Below are positions 63,828-64,000 of a stretch of DNA of 64,000 bases, in pieces. The notes beneath the pieces are model-generated. The model had not been told where the DNA came from and searched no databases. It was given only the letters and a program-made list of their open reading frames with translations. The stretch's first letter is position 1. Every line of letters starts with the position of its first letter. The stretch lies in the NCBI GenBank assembly GCA_018432315.1, contig JAHDLB010000022.1:12247-76246 (forward strand), written 5' to 3'. The position numbers and the translations under genes were made by a program. Origin of the DNA: Anaerolineae bacterium (GTDB taxonomy: Bacteria; Chloroflexota; Anaerolineae; Aggregatilineales; Aggregatilineaceae).

Positions 63828-64000
63828 GGGTATTGTGTGCGCATCGCATAGGACTTTCAATCTTCAGGTCGCTTTCCTTTCAGTGAAAACCCATTTCTTG
63901 GAAAGAACATGACAACCACAAGCGTCAACAAACAATCGAACAGGATCAGCGTATTGCTTGTGAGGATGTAACCTGTGTGATTCACAGACATCGTTTCAAG

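Larger units (their letters stand above)
19290..63850. mobile_element. Putative integrative conjugative element (about 44.5 kb), G+C-rich relative to both flanks
   Basis: It carries a large serine recombinase at the right edge, a relaxase, a T4CP, a VirB4-like ATPase, membrane T4SS-like genes, SSB, primases and a topoisomerase. There is an abrupt composition change at about 19.2-19.3 kb and about 63.85 kb. Exact att sites were not determined. Confidence 0.6.

Overview
The window splits into two blocks with different base composition. All functional calls rest on motifs I recognised by eye in the supplied translations and on repeats and stems read directly from the DNA. No database search or fold calculation was possible.

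Block A (1 to about 19.2 kb) is comparatively A/T-rich and is a defence island. It holds a complete QatABCD-type operon on the minus strand (323-5162: KAP NTPase, QatB, QueC-like, TatD). It also holds an SspABCD-type DNA-phosphorothioation module on the plus strand in the order D-B-C-A (5503-13031). Convergent on that module is a tightly coupled four-gene operon (13100-19201): an SF2 DEAH helicase, a GHKL/MORC-like ATPase, a protein built from four tandem winged-helix-like modules that shares its C-terminal domain with the GHKL protein, and a single-HKD PLD nuclease. I read this operon as the modification-dependent effector arm. It is not SspE-like, and it is my first candidate for an undescribed system.

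Block B (about 19.3-63.85 kb) is G+C-rich; long spurious antisense ORFs appear only here. Its gene content is that of an integrative conjugative element (ICE).
- Boundary and transfer genes: a large serine recombinase at the right edge, a small relaxase with an RHH partner, a T4CP, a VirB4-like ATPase, pilin-like, PrgI-like and VirB6-like membrane proteins, and a type IA topoisomerase.
- Replication and entry genes: SSB, an HU-like protein, an AEP prim-pol, a DnaG-like primase, a DUF3987-like protein and a methyltransferase-SNF2 helicase fusion.
- Regulation genes: an XRE/ImmA-like switch and two orphan NarL-type response regulators.
- Unusual content: a PRTRC-like ubiquitin-like/E2-like/E1-like cassette with no JAB peptidase; an A/T-rich single-gene HEPN (ApeA/Abi-like) cargo; three adjacent acidic proteins that share a repeated module; a 58-bp promoter/operator motif present three times in front of the transfer operons; two iteron-like repeat arrays; a hairpin cluster next to the relaxase (candidate oriT); and a 600-bp highly structured non-coding region at the left edge.
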